DNA of 64,000 bases, from positions 42,984 to 106,983 of the forward strand of contig JBOFUV010000131.1 in NCBI GenBank assembly GCA_051652765.1. The letters run 5' to 3'. The notes under the pieces are model-generated. The model was not told where the DNA came from. It did no database searches and saw only the letters and a program-made list of their open reading frames with translations. Positions 32,977 through 44,181 of the stretch are shown one piece after another (position 1 is the stretch's first letter; every line of letters begins with the position of its first letter). Position numbers and translations under genes: made by a program. The stretch comes from Microcoleaceae cyanobacterium. Its GTDB lineage: Bacteria > Cyanobacteriota > Cyanobacteriia > Cyanobacteriales > Microcoleaceae.

Positions 32977-35478
32977 ATGAATACAATCCAATCCATTACG
33001 CAACAGATTGAACGGCTTTGGAGTCGTACTGCTTTACTGCAAGGAGCCTTGCGTCGAGAGAGAGGTTATTCCTATGTGTTGAAGCCTAGCCCTCCGACTG
33101 AACCTTCCGTTCAGACATCATCTTCGCGCAAATCCCTTGACTTCCCCCAGGGCTTTCGATCTAGAAAGCTAGGGGCTCCTCTCCTCTGGATTTTAGCTGT
33201 AGTCTCCCTGACCAGCGTGATGGGGGTACGGTTTTACAATCAGCCGAAACTAGCCGTGGGGCGCGAGGCCCCTGAAACCCTCTATGCCCCTGCCGATGCA
33301 ACGGTACTTGATCCAAAAACAACTGAAGAGAAACGCAAGGAAGCTCTATTTGGTGTTGTTCCGGTTCTAGTCATCAATTCTGCAGTCAATCAAGAAGTTA
33401 CGAACCAGATTCAAGTCACCCTGCGTCGCGGAAACCTGATCCGGAGTACGGCAAATCCCTTTCCATTTGTTGATCCTGGAATTTTTTCCACAGACGTTCA
33501 GAATTTGTTGCGTTGGATGCCAGAATGGTATTGGCAAGAGGTCTTGAACTCCTTAAAATACGACACTACGGTTCAGCCTCAAATTCAGCCCCATTCTACA
33601 ATTTTGGGTCAGATCTCTGACCAAGTAGATACAGAGTTAATTACTCCAAAGACCTTACAAAAAGCTCTGATTCAGTTGCAGTCTTATCGCCAGCGCTCTG
33701 CGGATGAAGCATTTAATGCTGCAATCGGGCAAATTACTGAAGCGCGTAAACGTTATGCCAAAGCCCTAGTCATGATCGCTCAGCAGTCTCCAACTGAGTT
33801 AGAGAGTGCTTACAATCAGTCCCTCTTGGAATGGTCAGAGGCGACTTGGACTCAAACCAAAATAGGGATTGAACAAGTCAGCAGACAAATGTTAAGCCAG
33901 GGAATTGCCCCAGGGCTAACGGACATCAGTCTACAACAAGCCATTCGAATTCAGGTAACAGCCCTTGTCCCCTCCCCCAGTCAAGACTTTGCAATTCGAT
34001 TTCTGAGTCAAGTTTTGCCCCCTAATTTGATTGAAGACCTCGCAGCAACTCGCAAACGAGCTGAACTAGCCGCCCAAGAAGTACAACCCGTGTTCGTTGG
34101 GATTGTGCAAGGAGAAGTGATTGTGCAAGAGGGGGAGAAAATTACTCAGCAGGAATTTGTTCTCCTAGACTACTTCAACATGAGTGAGCGAGGGGTGAAT
34201 TGGCGCGGCTTACAAAATTTTGTGGGGTTGATGAGCGGGGCCACGGTGATTGTTTTGTTGGTGGGTAAGCAAGTTCGACCCGGTTTGCGTCGGCGAGATT
34301 ACTTTCTATTGTTGTTACTGACTTTGAGTACACCAATCCTCGTGTTACTGAAAGTTCCTTCTACGAATCTGCCCGCAGTCGGATTACTCGCAGGCAGCTT
34401 TTATGGCTCAACTCTGGGGGTGACGGTTGTGACCTTGCTTGCTGTGATTCTCCCGATTGGCCTAGAAGTTGACACGATTTCGTTGCTCGCTAGTGCTGCT
34501 GGGGGGATTTTGGGTAGTTTATTGTCTGGACAGTTGCGATCGCGAGAAGAGCTAGCGCTGCTGGGAGGAGCCGTGGGCCTAGCTCAGGGCGTGGTCTACC
34601 TGATCGTCACTTTGATCCTGAGTTCTACTGCAGGCTCGATTTGGTATGTGGTGTTAGGCAGTGTAGTCCTGAGAATTTTGGAGGGACTGGCTTGGAGTGT
34701 TGTGGCGTTGGGGATCAGCCCTTATCTGGAACACCTGTTTGACTTGATTACCCCAATTCGCTTGGCTGAGCTGGCCAATCCCAATCGCCCTTTATTAAAG
34801 CGATTGGCCACGGAAGCTCCGGGGACATTCCAACACACCATGTTTGTTGCCACCCTGGCCGAAGCTGCCGCCCAGACTCTGGGGTGCAATGTAGAATTGG
34901 TGAGAACTGGAACGCTTTACCATGATATTGGCAAGATGCATGATCCTTTGGGCTTTATTGAGAATCAAATGGGAGGCCCCAATAAGCATGATGAGATTAA
35001 TGATCCGTGGAAAAGCGCTCAGATTATCAAAAAACATGTCAGTGAAGGGTTAGTCATGGCCCGTCGCTGTCGCTTGCCCCAGGCCATTCAAGCTTTTATT
35101 CCTGAACATCAAGGCAAGATGTTGATTGCCTATTTTTATTACCAGGCTGAGCAAGAAGCCAAAGCAGATTCTCAGCTTGTGGTTCAGGAGCAAGACTTTC
35201 GCTATGATGGGCCAATTCCTCAATCTCGGGAAACTGGAATTGTGATGTTGGCAGACTCCTGCGAGGCAGCACTGCGATCGCTCAAAGAGGCAACCCATGA
35301 AGAAGCCCTGCGAATGGTAAATAAAATTCTCCGAGCCCGATGGCAAGATCATCAACTCGTTGATTCTGGCCTGACTCGGGAAAATATGGTAACCATTGCC
35401 GAAGTATTTGTTCGGGTTTGGGAACAGGTGAATCACAAGCGCATTGCTTACCCAAAAGGAGTACTTTACCCACGCTAG
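32977..35478 (+). CDS. 7TM receptor-type HD/HDIG phosphohydrolase (PgpH-like)
   Basis: Extracellular domain, multi-TM region, APGTFQH, YHDIGK, EHQG, MLADSCEAA. Confidence 0.9.
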   Translation: MNTIQSITQQIERLWSRTALLQGALRRERGYSYVLKPSPPTEPSVQTSSSRKSLDFPQGFRSRKLGAPLLWILAVVSLTSVMGVRFYNQPKLAVGREAPETLYAPADATVLDPKTTEEKRKEALFGVVPVLVINSAVNQEVTNQIQVTLRRGNLIRSTANPFPFVDPGIFSTDVQNLLRWMPEWYWQEVLNSLKYDTTVQPQIQPHSTILGQISDQVDTELITPKTLQKALIQLQSYRQRSADEAFNAAIGQITEARKRYAKALVMIAQQSPTELESAYNQSLLEWSEATWTQTKIGIEQVSRQMLSQGIAPGLTDISLQQAIRIQVTALVPSPSQDFAIRFLSQVLPPNLIEDLAATRKRAELAAQEVQPVFVGIVQGEVIVQEGEKITQQEFVLLDYFNMSERGVNWRGLQNFVGLMSGATVIVLLVGKQVRPGLRRRDYFLLLLLTLSTPILVLLKVPSTNLPAVGLLAGSFYGSTLGVTVVTLLAVILPIGLEVDTISLLASAAGGILGSLLSGQLRSREELALLGGAVGLAQGVVYLIVTLILSSTAGSIWYVVLGSVVLRILEGLAWSVVALGISPYLEHLFDLITPIRLAELANPNRPLLKRLATEAPGTFQHTMFVATLAEAAAQTLGCNVELVRTGTLYHDIGKMHDPLGFIENQMGGPNKHDEINDPWKSAQIIKKHVSEGLVMARRCRLPQAIQAFIPEHQGKMLIAYFYYQAEQEAKADSQLVVQEQDFRYDGPIPQSRETGIVMLADSCEAALRSLKEATHEEALRMVNKILRARWQDHQLVDSGLTRENMVTIAEVFVRVWEQVNHKRIAYPKGVLYPR

Positions 35479-35691
35479 TTCAGCTATAGCGGGATCAGGG
35501 AAGTTAGGGTAGGTCTAGCGCAAACCCTTTCTGTTCCTTAGGGTTGGAGATGGAGATTCAATCCTATCGAATGGTCATCCCGGCTGTCTGATCAGACAGG
35601 TGTTATAAAGCTAGCCATGTCATAGTTACAATAAAGTCGCCCCTGTCCAAGCTTGTCTAAAGACTTAAATACCTAAATCCTAATAGAATTT

Positions 35692-36537
35692 TTGATGATG
35701 AGTCGCCGTAGATTATTTAGAGTTTTGTGTGGCTGCTTGATCACCACTATGGTCATACTGTTGAGCTATGGGCAGATTGCTAAAATTATCCAACATAAAG
35801 TCCAACATAAAGTATCAATTTTTTCATCTGTCTCAGAAGCTACTTCTGTTCAGTTGATTGTGTCTGCGGCGGCCAGTTTAACTAATGTAATGGAAGCGAT
35901 TCAGCCAATCTATCAAAAGCAATGGCCGGAGATTAAATTAATCTATAATTTTGGTTCATCCGGTTCTCTTCAGCAACAAATTCAGCAAGGCGCACCTGTT
36001 GATATTTTTATTTCTGCGGCCCCCAAACAAATGAATGAATTAGAAAAAAAAGGGTTGCTTTTGACTGGAACTCGCAAAAACTTACTCACCAATGAAATCG
36101 TTTTAATTGTGCCAAAAGGTAGCACAAAGATTAAGAGTTTTGATGATCTAACTCGCAATCAAGTTCGTAGAATTGCTATCGGCGAGCCCAAGAGTGTTCC
36201 AGTTGGGGAATATGCTCAAGAAGTGCTCACCTTCCTCAAGATTTTTGAGCAAGTACAGCCCAAAATTGTGTATGGCAAAGATGTTCGTCAGGTCTTAAAT
36301 TACGTGGCAACAGGAAATGTGGATGCTGGAATTGTTTATCGCACAGATGCTCAGAATTCTACCAAAGTTGACACCATTGCATCAGCTCCAAAAGGATCTC
36401 ACTCCCCCATTGTCTATCCTGTTGCAGTGATTAAAGACAGCAAGAATCCTGAAGCGGCTCAAGGATTTGTCATGTTTTTATCGAGTAATACCGCGAAAAC
36501 AGTCTTTGAAAAGTTTGGGTTTGGATTGTCCAGTTAG
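35692..36537 (+). CDS. modA: Molybdate ABC transporter substrate-binding protein
   Basis: SAAASL, FGSSGSL, PKSVPVGEYA, DAGIVY. Confidence 0.95.
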   Translation: MMMSRRRLFRVLCGCLITTMVILLSYGQIAKIIQHKVQHKVSIFSSVSEATSVQLIVSAAASLTNVMEAIQPIYQKQWPEIKLIYNFGSSGSLQQQIQQGAPVDIFISAAPKQMNELEKKGLLLTGTRKNLLTNEIVLIVPKGSTKIKSFDDLTRNQVRRIAIGEPKSVPVGEYAQEVLTFLKIFEQVQPKIVYGKDVRQVLNYVATGNVDAGIVYRTDAQNSTKVDTIASAPKGSHSPIVYPVAVIKDSKNPEAAQGFVMFLSSNTAKTVFEKFGFGLSS

Positions 36538-36552
36538 TTAATTGAAGTTTTA

Positions 36553-38466
36553 ATGATTGACAACATTATTACTGATTTTTCTCCAGCCTGGATTTCATTT
36601 AGGGCTGCTGTGATCGCAACATTAATCACCTTTTTTTTGGGGATTATTGCAGCTCGATTCATGCTGAATTATCGTGGGAAAGGTCAGGGATTGATCGATG
36701 CAATCTTGACTGCTCCTCTGGTCTTGCCACCTACAGTAGTTGGATTTTTATTGCTAGTATTATTTGGCCGCTATGGCCCTCTAGGACAACTATTAACAGT
36801 GTTTAATTTTTCAGTGATTTTTACCTGGTATGCCACAGTAATTGCTGCAACAGTTGTCGCTTTTCCCCTGATGTACAAAACAGCCTTAGGAGCATTCAAA
36901 CAAATTGATCAAACCATCTTAGCCTCGGCCAGAACTTTAGGGGCTTCTGAATGGACGATCTTTTGGCGAATTTTATTGCCCTTAGCTAAGCCAGGATTAG
37001 TGGCTGGAACCCTATTAGCATTTGCGCGATCGCTCGGAGAATTTGGTGCAACGTTAATGTTAGCTGGAAGTATTCCCGGTCAAACTCAAACCATTGCCGT
37101 TGCCATTTTTTTTGCCGCAGAAGCAGGCAGAATGGACGAAGCTTTGGTATGGGTGCTGATTATTTTGACAATTTCTTTGGGGATTATTACGGCTATTAAT
37201 ATCTGGTCAGAGGAACCCACGTTAAACCAAACTTCAAACCAAACTTCAAACCAAACTTCAAGCCAAACAGTGAAGGCGAGAACTCAACAGCTATTCTTAG
37301 TAAAAAAGTCGTCACATCCTCATATTCAAGTTAACAATTCCTCAACTGACTTGAACCCTCCACCTCAAATTTGCTTAACAGTTGATATTCAAAAGCAACT
37401 TCCAGGATTCTTATTGAATGTTTCCTTCCAAACCAATGGTAAACCCTTAGGGTTTTTGGGAGCTTCTGGAGCAGGAAAAAGTTTTATTTTGCGCTGCATT
37501 GCTGGATTGGAAACCCCTGACCGAGGACAAATTATTCTGAATGGCAAACTGTTATTTGATGCTGACCAGCGAATTAATTTACCCAGTTATCGTCGTCGAG
37601 TGGGTTATTTATTTCAAAACTATGCTCTCTTCTCTCACTTAACGGTTGCCAAAAATATTGCTTTCGGCTTTCCTAAAGGATTATCAAACCTGCAAATTAA
37701 GCAACGGGTTGAACAACAATTGATTGCTGTAGATTTAACTGGATTGAATCATCGATATCCCCATGAACTCTCCGGCGGACAACAGCAACGGGTAGCTTTG
37801 GCGCGGGTATTGGCGAGTGAACCCGAAGTTTTGTTGCTGGATGAACCTTTTTCTGCTCTGGATACTGACCTGCGCGATCGCATGGAAAAGCTACTGAGAT
37901 CGACATTAGAATCATACCAAGGGGAAACCCTATTTGTCACTCACAATCTTGAGGAAGCCTATCAAGTTTGCCAGAACTTGTTAGTGATTGATCAAGGTCA
38001 GATCTTGGCTCAAGGTTCAAAGCATGAAATTTTTGAACATCCCAATTATTTGAGGGTGGCTCAACTCACTGGCTGTAAAAATTTTTCTGCGGCAATTCCC
38101 CTCGGACAAAATCAAGCGCAAGCCGTGGATTGGGGTTGTATTCTACACACCATTGAACCTATCCCAGATGGATTAGTTCAGGTGGGAATTCGGGCTCACC
38201 AAATTGCTTTTTTACCTTCAGATTATTCCGATCAAATCCCAAAATTCCTCAATATCTTTCCCTGTTGGCTAGCTGCAATTAGCGAAACCCAACACCGGAT
38301 CACGCTATACTTAAAGCTACACAGTTCTCCGATTAATTCCTCAGATTATCATTTGCAAGCTGAGGTATTGAAGGAGAACTGGAGCATGATGAAAGATCAT
38401 CCTTTTCCTTGGCAAGTTCAGCTTAAACCCATGCAATTGATGCTCTTAAAAGAATGCTCAATCTAA
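36553..38466 (+). CDS. modB: Fused molybdate ABC permease/ATPase (ModB-ModC)
   Basis: LVLPPTVVG and FARSLGEFGAT permease, then GASGAGKS, LSGGQQQR, LLDEPF in one ORF. Confidence 0.92.
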   Translation: MIDNIITDFSPAWISFRAAVIATLITFFLGIIAARFMLNYRGKGQGLIDAILTAPLVLPPTVVGFLLLVLFGRYGPLGQLLTVFNFSVIFTWYATVIAATVVAFPLMYKTALGAFKQIDQTILASARTLGASEWTIFWRILLPLAKPGLVAGTLLAFARSLGEFGATLMLAGSIPGQTQTIAVAIFFAAEAGRMDEALVWVLIILTISLGIITAINIWSEEPTLNQTSNQTSNQTSSQTVKARTQQLFLVKKSSHPHIQVNNSSTDLNPPPQICLTVDIQKQLPGFLLNVSFQTNGKPLGFLGASGAGKSFILRCIAGLETPDRGQIILNGKLLFDADQRINLPSYRRRVGYLFQNYALFSHLTVAKNIAFGFPKGLSNLQIKQRVEQQLIAVDLTGLNHRYPHELSGGQQQRVALARVLASEPEVLLLDEPFSALDTDLRDRMEKLLRSTLESYQGETLFVTHNLEEAYQVCQNLLVIDQGQILAQGSKHEIFEHPNYLRVAQLTGCKNFSAAIPLGQNQAQAVDWGCILHTIEPIPDGLVQVGIRAHQIAFLPSDYSDQIPKFLNIFPCWLAAISETQHRITLYLKLHSSPINSSDYHLQAEVLKENWSMMKDHPFPWQVQLKPMQLMLLKECSI

Positions 38467-39023
38467 ACCTTATATTGACATTCAACCTGAAAATTCCTGA
38501 CGATTGCTTGAGTCTGGGCAATCATGTTTGGATCGGGCGATCGCGTCTTGGACATGAAAAAGACAACGACTGCCAGCACTTGAGCATCTGCCAGAATGGG
38601 AATCCCAAACCCAGCTTTGACACTTAACGCTTTCGCAATTTGATTCCGTAAAAAATACGTTTCTGACTGAGCCGAAGCATCCTCAACCCATTCAGGTTGC
38701 TGAGACTGCCATACTCGCCCCGGTATCCCTTCCTCAGGCAGCAAAACAAACGCTTTACTACACACTTGAAACTGTATCCATGAGATTGTTTGATGGATGT
38801 CCAGCTCGGTATTCACCCACCAGGCAGGACTCAGTTCTAGAACATTGTGAGTCCTATTGGGAATCCAAGATTCACCATATTCCCACCCTGTTTTAGCACA
38901 GACAGCAACGAGTAAAGCGGTTAGGGCATTGACCAAGCTTGCCGTTAAATCAAGGGACTGAGTGAGTGAGGGGGGCTGGTCTAAAATGTCCTGTTCAGAC
39001 GGATTGGAAGAATGTTGAGTCAT
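38463..39023 (-). CDS. Stand-alone GAF domain protein
   Basis: WEYGESW, GIPGRVWQSQQPEW, AGFGIPI..VLAVVVFF. Confidence 0.8.
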   Translation of the reverse strand: MTQHSSNPSEQDILDQPPSLTQSLDLTASLVNALTALLVAVCAKTGWEYGESWIPNRTHNVLELSPAWWVNTELDIHQTISWIQFQVCSKAFVLLPEEGIPGRVWQSQQPEWVEDASAQSETYFLRNQIAKALSVKAGFGIPILADAQVLAVVVFFMSKTRSPDPNMIAQTQAIVRNFQVECQYKV

Positions 39024-40034
39024 AGCAACGTTTTGTCAAAACCTCATGAGGAAAATACTAATTCGACCTGGTATCCCTTGTGGCTAATGTCCACGGCTCT
39101 CTCTGTACTGAGTCACTAAGTCACTAAGTCTGCTGGATACAAAGCTATATGAGAACAGCACGAAGAGCTCGTGTTGCCATCCGAACTTGTCTGATGTGAA
39201 AAACTTAGTTAGAGACAACACCTGATTATCCGTTCCACTCAAACTCAACAATGGCGGAGTCATATCAAGTTTTTGGCAGTAGAACTAGTTCAAAACCATG
39301 GACATGGCTTGAGTTCAAAGTTACTGGCAGTCCTTCCTCTATTTTGTTTTTTAAGCTACAGAATCTATTGGTTCATTGATAAAAAGCATGGATTCTATGC
39401 TTTTTCTGCAACACATTCTTATATTTTTTTGACTTAGTATACTCAAATATATTTCTGTTGTTCAAGCTACAAAGATCAATAGAATTTACACATAAAAAGG
39501 GTAAAGGAAAGTGAGATGGTATTAAGCTAAAAGAACGAGCTTTACCAAACTGGATTACCACCAAAGATCTGCTGAGCAGTCCAATTAACTTACTTTAATT
39601 ATACTTTAACTACACTTTAAATATACTTTAACTATACAGTGACGAATTCGGCTGATCCTCTCAACGGAATAGATAAGCCACGACCGGATCAACCGCTATT
39701 TGTAGGGCGAGATATATTTGTTCGATAATTTGGAAGATTTCAGATGACCCTTCCGGAAGTCCTGACTTTACCAGTTAGTTTGGCAGTGCGCTGTTCATGG
39801 TGCTCACACGACTTCAAGATGCGACGCTGAGTTTGTCAAACTGGTCTGATCTAGGTACAGTTAACAGAAAGCCTCTAACTCTATCTCTAGCAATCTGATT
39901 TCAGGCATGAACGAAGTTTGCACAATAGACATCCCATCAAGCGTTACTGATTGCTAAAGGTCAGAACGTTAGAGGCCAATCCATGAAATGAAATTGAATT
40001 GTCAACCAATATTTAAATCCAGGAATTTGTTCAA

Positions 40035-40493
40035 ATGGCTGTTAAAGTTGGCGATTTAGCTCCAGATTTCAATCTCCTCTCTCAAACAGGAGGATCGATC
40101 AGTCTGAAAAACTTTATAGGACAAAAAGCAGTTGTCCTCTATTTTTATCCAAAGGATGACACACCGGGATGCACGGCTGAGGCTTGCGCCTTCCGAGATA
40201 GTTATCAAGTGTTCCAAGATGCCGGAGCGGAGATCATTGGCGTGAGTAGCGACTCTGTGCAATCTCACCAACAATTTGCCGCGAAGTACAACCTGCCTTT
40301 TACCCTACTGAGCGATACTGGAGACGCAGTTCGAAAGCTCTACGGCGTTCCCTCGACTCTGTGGATAATGCCGGGTCGAGTCACCTACGTGATTGACAAA
40401 GACGGAATTGTTCGTCACATTTTTGATTCCATGCTCAACTTCAAAGCCCATGTCGATGAATCCCTCGCCATTTTAGGCGCAAGTCCAGTCTAG
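40035..40493 (+). CDS. bcp: Peroxiredoxin Q/BCP
   Basis: YFYPKDDTPGCTAEACAFRD. Confidence 0.93.
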   Translation: MAVKVGDLAPDFNLLSQTGGSISLKNFIGQKAVVLYFYPKDDTPGCTAEACAFRDSYQVFQDAGAEIIGVSSDSVQSHQQFAAKYNLPFTLLSDTGDAVRKLYGVPSTLWIMPGRVTYVIDKDGIVRHIFDSMLNFKAHVDESLAILGASPV

Positions 40494-40517
40494 TAACTTT
40501 GTTACAGTCACTTTAAC

Positions 40518-40542
40518 GAGTAAGGGTTATCTACCCTTACTC
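40518..40542. terminator. Hairpin between convergent genes
   Basis: gagtaagggt-tatct-acccttactc, perfect 10-bp stem. Confidence 0.6.
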
Positions 40543-40644
40543 AAGATTTTGGATTAAGAACTCATCAAAGTGATCACGGTCAAGGATACTGATGTATCCT
40601 GCTTAAGCTGATAAATTGTGTATCTCTGTAGCAGTGGGCGGACT

Positions 40645-42363
40645 CTATCGAGACAGACATTGATACATTCTGAAATAGTAGCCAGGAACTCGAGACTTGG
40701 ATGCTGAATCTTCTAGACAGTTTTGAGACTCTAGATTTTGAGGAGCTGAAAAATTCACAGTCCATAGATTTAGAGGTCGTGGTGACTGATCCAAGATTTG
40801 ATTTAAAGTATTAACTGAAATTGCCGAATCACCCAACTTCTGAGCTAGTAAAAATTGAGGCTGTTTTCCTGAAGAGTTTAGCCGATTTAGTTCCCAAGCA
40901 ATTCCCATCATTTCTCCAGTTTGCTCATGATTTTTGTGCACGGTTGCAATTAATGTTGGGATTTCTAAACTCAAGGTTGGCGCGATCGCCTTTGCAACTA
41001 AATCAGATCGATCCGGCTTTTGATAGGCCAAGTTGTATGTCACCATGACACTGCTGATCAAGCCAGAAATTAAGATGATTCCAATCCATTTTTTAGTTTG
41101 TTGGGCTTTTTCTATCGTTTGCCACATCAGAGAAAGGTGAACTGCAAATAGACTGAGTAAGAGGGGAAAGTAAGTAAATTGATAACGAGCTGCCAAAGTT
41201 AAATCAATTCCAAAACCATAGGTTGTAATCAATAAAATCAATAGAATACTAACTGTAATGTCTATCAAAACTTGATTATTTTCTTGCCAAGTCTTTGGGA
41301 AGACTGTTCGACTTTGCAAGATTAATTTAATGCTTAGACCCGTCACGCCCAGCATTCCAATTACCGAAGCAATCGTTACTCCCAAGGATTGACTCTCAAC
41401 TGGAAATATAACCACCATTGTGATCATCCAAGCAAAAGTTCTCACGAGAGGGGCGATGAATTCTCTAGAGGATTCCCCATGAAATACCCAACTAATTAAT
41501 CCACTCTCTGAGCTTGAAATACTAAACAGGATTGGCAGCCAGACCAGGCTACCGACCATCGAGCCTAAAGCAGCTAAGTAAATTCTAGTCCAGGCTTGGG
41601 ATTGAGGGAGTCTGTGGAAAAATTCTTGACTTTTTAAGTCAGACTGTTTTTGATTGATTTGTAGCTCTTCTAACCAAAGTTTAACAATAACTAACGCAAT
41701 TGCTCCTAGAACAACGATGAAGAAAAAATGAACAGCAATGCCTAACGTGTTGATTCCAATCCAAGTCAATATTATCCAAACTGGAAGATTAATCTTTTGT
41801 TTTAATCTCTGAATTGCAACAATACAGCAGGATAATGAAGCGATGATCAAGATAATTGCTAATGTATAATGACGGGCTTCTTGCGCGAGATAAACTCCGA
41901 AAGGAGCAATCGCTATCAAAGCCGCTGAGAACTGCCCTACTAATACAGAACGAAAGGCTAGCCAACTCAAACCAAATAGTGCCGGAATTGAGATTGCCCC
42001 TAGAATCGCACTGAGCGATCGCGCTCCCCAAATTGAGACAAATTCACCGGGGTTATCAAATAATTTGACCCAAAGATGAGTCAGAATAAAATAGACTGGA
42101 GGATGATTACTTTCAATCAATAAATTTTGAAAAACTGCTCCTAAATCAATACCAGAATCTAGTGTTAAAGGAGCTAGTAAGGTCTCAAGGCTAATGGGTT
42201 GATCCAAGGGAATGGTTCGGAAGCTATGACCCAAACTAAAGACTAATGTGGCAAATTCATCACTCCAAATAGGTTTAGCTTCCAGATTGATCAGACGCAG
42301 AATCAACCCTAAGCCAAACCATAAAATCAGGAGAACGCTGTGAATTTTATAGTTTTGAGTCAT
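40645..42363 (-). CDS. GT-C fold membrane glycosyltransferase (PMT/GT39-like)
   Basis: WSDE, NHPPVYF, AQEARHY; many TM helices. Confidence 0.85.
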   Translation of the reverse strand: MTQNYKIHSVLLILWFGLGLILRLINLEAKPIWSDEFATLVFSLGHSFRTIPLDQPISLETLLAPLTLDSGIDLGAVFQNLLIESNHPPVYFILTHLWVKLFDNPGEFVSIWGARSLSAILGAISIPALFGLSWLAFRSVLVGQFSAALIAIAPFGVYLAQEARHYTLAIILIIASLSCCIVAIQRLKQKINLPVWIILTWIGINTLGIAVHFFFIVVLGAIALVIVKLWLEELQINQKQSDLKSQEFFHRLPQSQAWTRIYLAALGSMVGSLVWLPILFSISSSESGLISWVFHGESSREFIAPLVRTFAWMITMVVIFPVESQSLGVTIASVIGMLGVTGLSIKLILQSRTVFPKTWQENNQVLIDITVSILLILLITTYGFGIDLTLAARYQFTYFPLLLSLFAVHLSLMWQTIEKAQQTKKWIGIILISGLISSVMVTYNLAYQKPDRSDLVAKAIAPTLSLEIPTLIATVHKNHEQTGEMMGIAWELNRLNSSGKQPQFLLAQKLGDSAISVNTLNQILDQSPRPLNLWTVNFSAPQNLESQNCLEDSASKSRVPGYYFRMYQCLSR

Positions 42364-42500
42364 ACAATAGTTTTTAAATCCGTGAAGGACATTTCAGCCA
42401 CTCAAGTCCCCTTTTTCTGGACGCGAAGCAGCTTCTCGTTAGAGTAGAGAGATTTAGGGATCGCTTCATATCGCATCCTTACAAAAACGGCTGTATTCTC

Positions 42501-44108
42501 CTAAAAACTGCGTTTAACCACTAGAACTTGACCTGGGTTAAGCTTTTTGAGTTCAGGAGTCAAGTCCAGCCAGGGTTGTAGTTGTCCCGGTTGAAACGTT
42601 CGACTCATGACCACATAAATTGAGGTTTGAGCACAGTCAATTCCAGCGCTAATCACAGTTTGCCAAGTGTCAGCCCGAAGTTGATCGGTAATATGCCACT
42701 GACTGTTTTCCCAGCGAAATTCCCGTTGGAAACAAAAAGGAGCATCTTGTTTTCCAGTGATCAATATTTTCTGCAATGTCTTTCGAATTAAATTTGGGAA
42801 AAACCGCCCAAAACTAAGCATAACCAAACGTAATCCAATTAACTTAAGGGGTGACATCTGGGTCTGTTTTGCCCAACCAAGATGCCCAGAAATCACAATT
42901 ACATCTTGTTCAACCGTTATTTGATAAGGCCCAACTAAATGACCAACCGCGTTTTTTAAGGTTTTTCCTTGACGAACCTGAAGTGAAATCTGGGTGTCAG
43001 AAACCAATAATTTATTGTCTCGAAATAGTTTAAAAACGCCTCCTTTATTGAGGGCAATATAGAGTTCTACATTTGGCCGTCGCTTGATTAAAATCTGTGC
43101 TTGTTTGAGCCATAAACTAGCAACATCTCTGGGGATTGGTGCTGGACGTTCTGGAACAAAATCTCGCCAAGCCAGCAAATAATTCCAAGTATGATGGCCG
43201 ATAATATGGTCGTCTGCATAACAGGGGCCCAAGCCATTTTTTAGCCCTTGTAAAAATCGATCATTGATTCTCAATGCTTCTGGCAACCATCGCCCCACCA
43301 GTTCAAAGCCATGGGGGAAAAAGTTGTAGGTATTTCGACTCGTATACTCTCCGCCATAGGTACCATCGGGGTGAATGAAGTAAGCTGCCAACTCCACTGC
43401 TCTGGCGATCGCTTCTCTCAAGCGCGGGTCAGGTTTAATCTGTTCCAAGCGGGCCAAGCAGGAAATCGTCAACGTTTGGTAGCCCGGATCGCATCCTTCA
43501 TACTCGCGGAACCAGCCTTCTTCGTTTTGCCAACTCAGGAGCCGTTCTAGACGAGACGTAATCACCCGCCGCCACTTTGAGGTTTGGAGGACTTGTCCCA
43601 ACCGTTCGAGGCATAGAGCAATCAACGCTTCATGATTTGCCAGTTGACCGCTTTCATGATGGTTTGCTAACCAGTTCGCCCGTTTTTCAAAAAATTTCAG
43701 GGTCTCATAATCCATCAACCCCAGGGATGTATAACTTTCAATACACCCTAAGAGCGAAAAGGCGGTTGCTCCTGAGGCTCGTTCGTAGGGGAAATAATCA
43801 TCACAAGACCCATCTTCATGGGCAGTTTGAACCGCAAATAAGATTCCGGCTTCAACCCATTCTTTCAGCCGAGGTTTTTGATAGTAAGGATTATTCGGCA
43901 AGTCCGTTCCATAGGCCAGAGCTAGGGGCCAAACAAACTCTTGGGCCATACCACTGGGAAAATCGATGATTTTGTAGTGCCAAAAGTTGCGATCAAAACA
44001 GCCATAGGTCGGGCTGTGAGGATTGCGATCCAGCAAAGTCAGAATTTTAGGGATTTGGGCTAGAGCCTCTCTGGCTAGGAGGTCTCGACTGACGATGGAA
44101 TTTTGCAA
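42501..44108 (-). CDS. Conserved hypothetical protein (probable alpha/alpha toroid)
   Basis: 535-aa ORF: DRNPHSPTYGCFDRNFWHYK, EGWFREYEGCDPGY. Confidence 0.75.
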   Translation of the reverse strand: MQNSIVSRDLLAREALAQIPKILTLLDRNPHSPTYGCFDRNFWHYKIIDFPSGMAQEFVWPLALAYGTDLPNNPYYQKPRLKEWVEAGILFAVQTAHEDGSCDDYFPYERASGATAFSLLGCIESYTSLGLMDYETLKFFEKRANWLANHHESGQLANHEALIALCLERLGQVLQTSKWRRVITSRLERLLSWQNEEGWFREYEGCDPGYQTLTISCLARLEQIKPDPRLREAIARAVELAAYFIHPDGTYGGEYTSRNTYNFFPHGFELVGRWLPEALRINDRFLQGLKNGLGPCYADDHIIGHHTWNYLLAWRDFVPERPAPIPRDVASLWLKQAQILIKRRPNVELYIALNKGGVFKLFRDNKLLVSDTQISLQVRQGKTLKNAVGHLVGPYQITVEQDVIVISGHLGWAKQTQMSPLKLIGLRLVMLSFGRFFPNLIRKTLQKILITGKQDAPFCFQREFRWENSQWHITDQLRADTWQTVISAGIDCAQTSIYVVMSRTFQPGQLQPWLDLTPELKKLNPGQVLVVKRSF

Positions 44109-44181
44109 TGAATCGGTATCATAAGCACAACCCCTTATCTTAACCTTTAGTTAGCTTCTTTCTGTATGGAGATTAGATGGC

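Noticed and set aside
35480..35690. Possible Moco riboswitch or ModE box upstream of modA
   Set aside because: No convincing consensus match by eye; needs an Rfam scan
36553..38466. ModB-ModC fusion as a novelty
   Set aside because: Known in cyanobacteria
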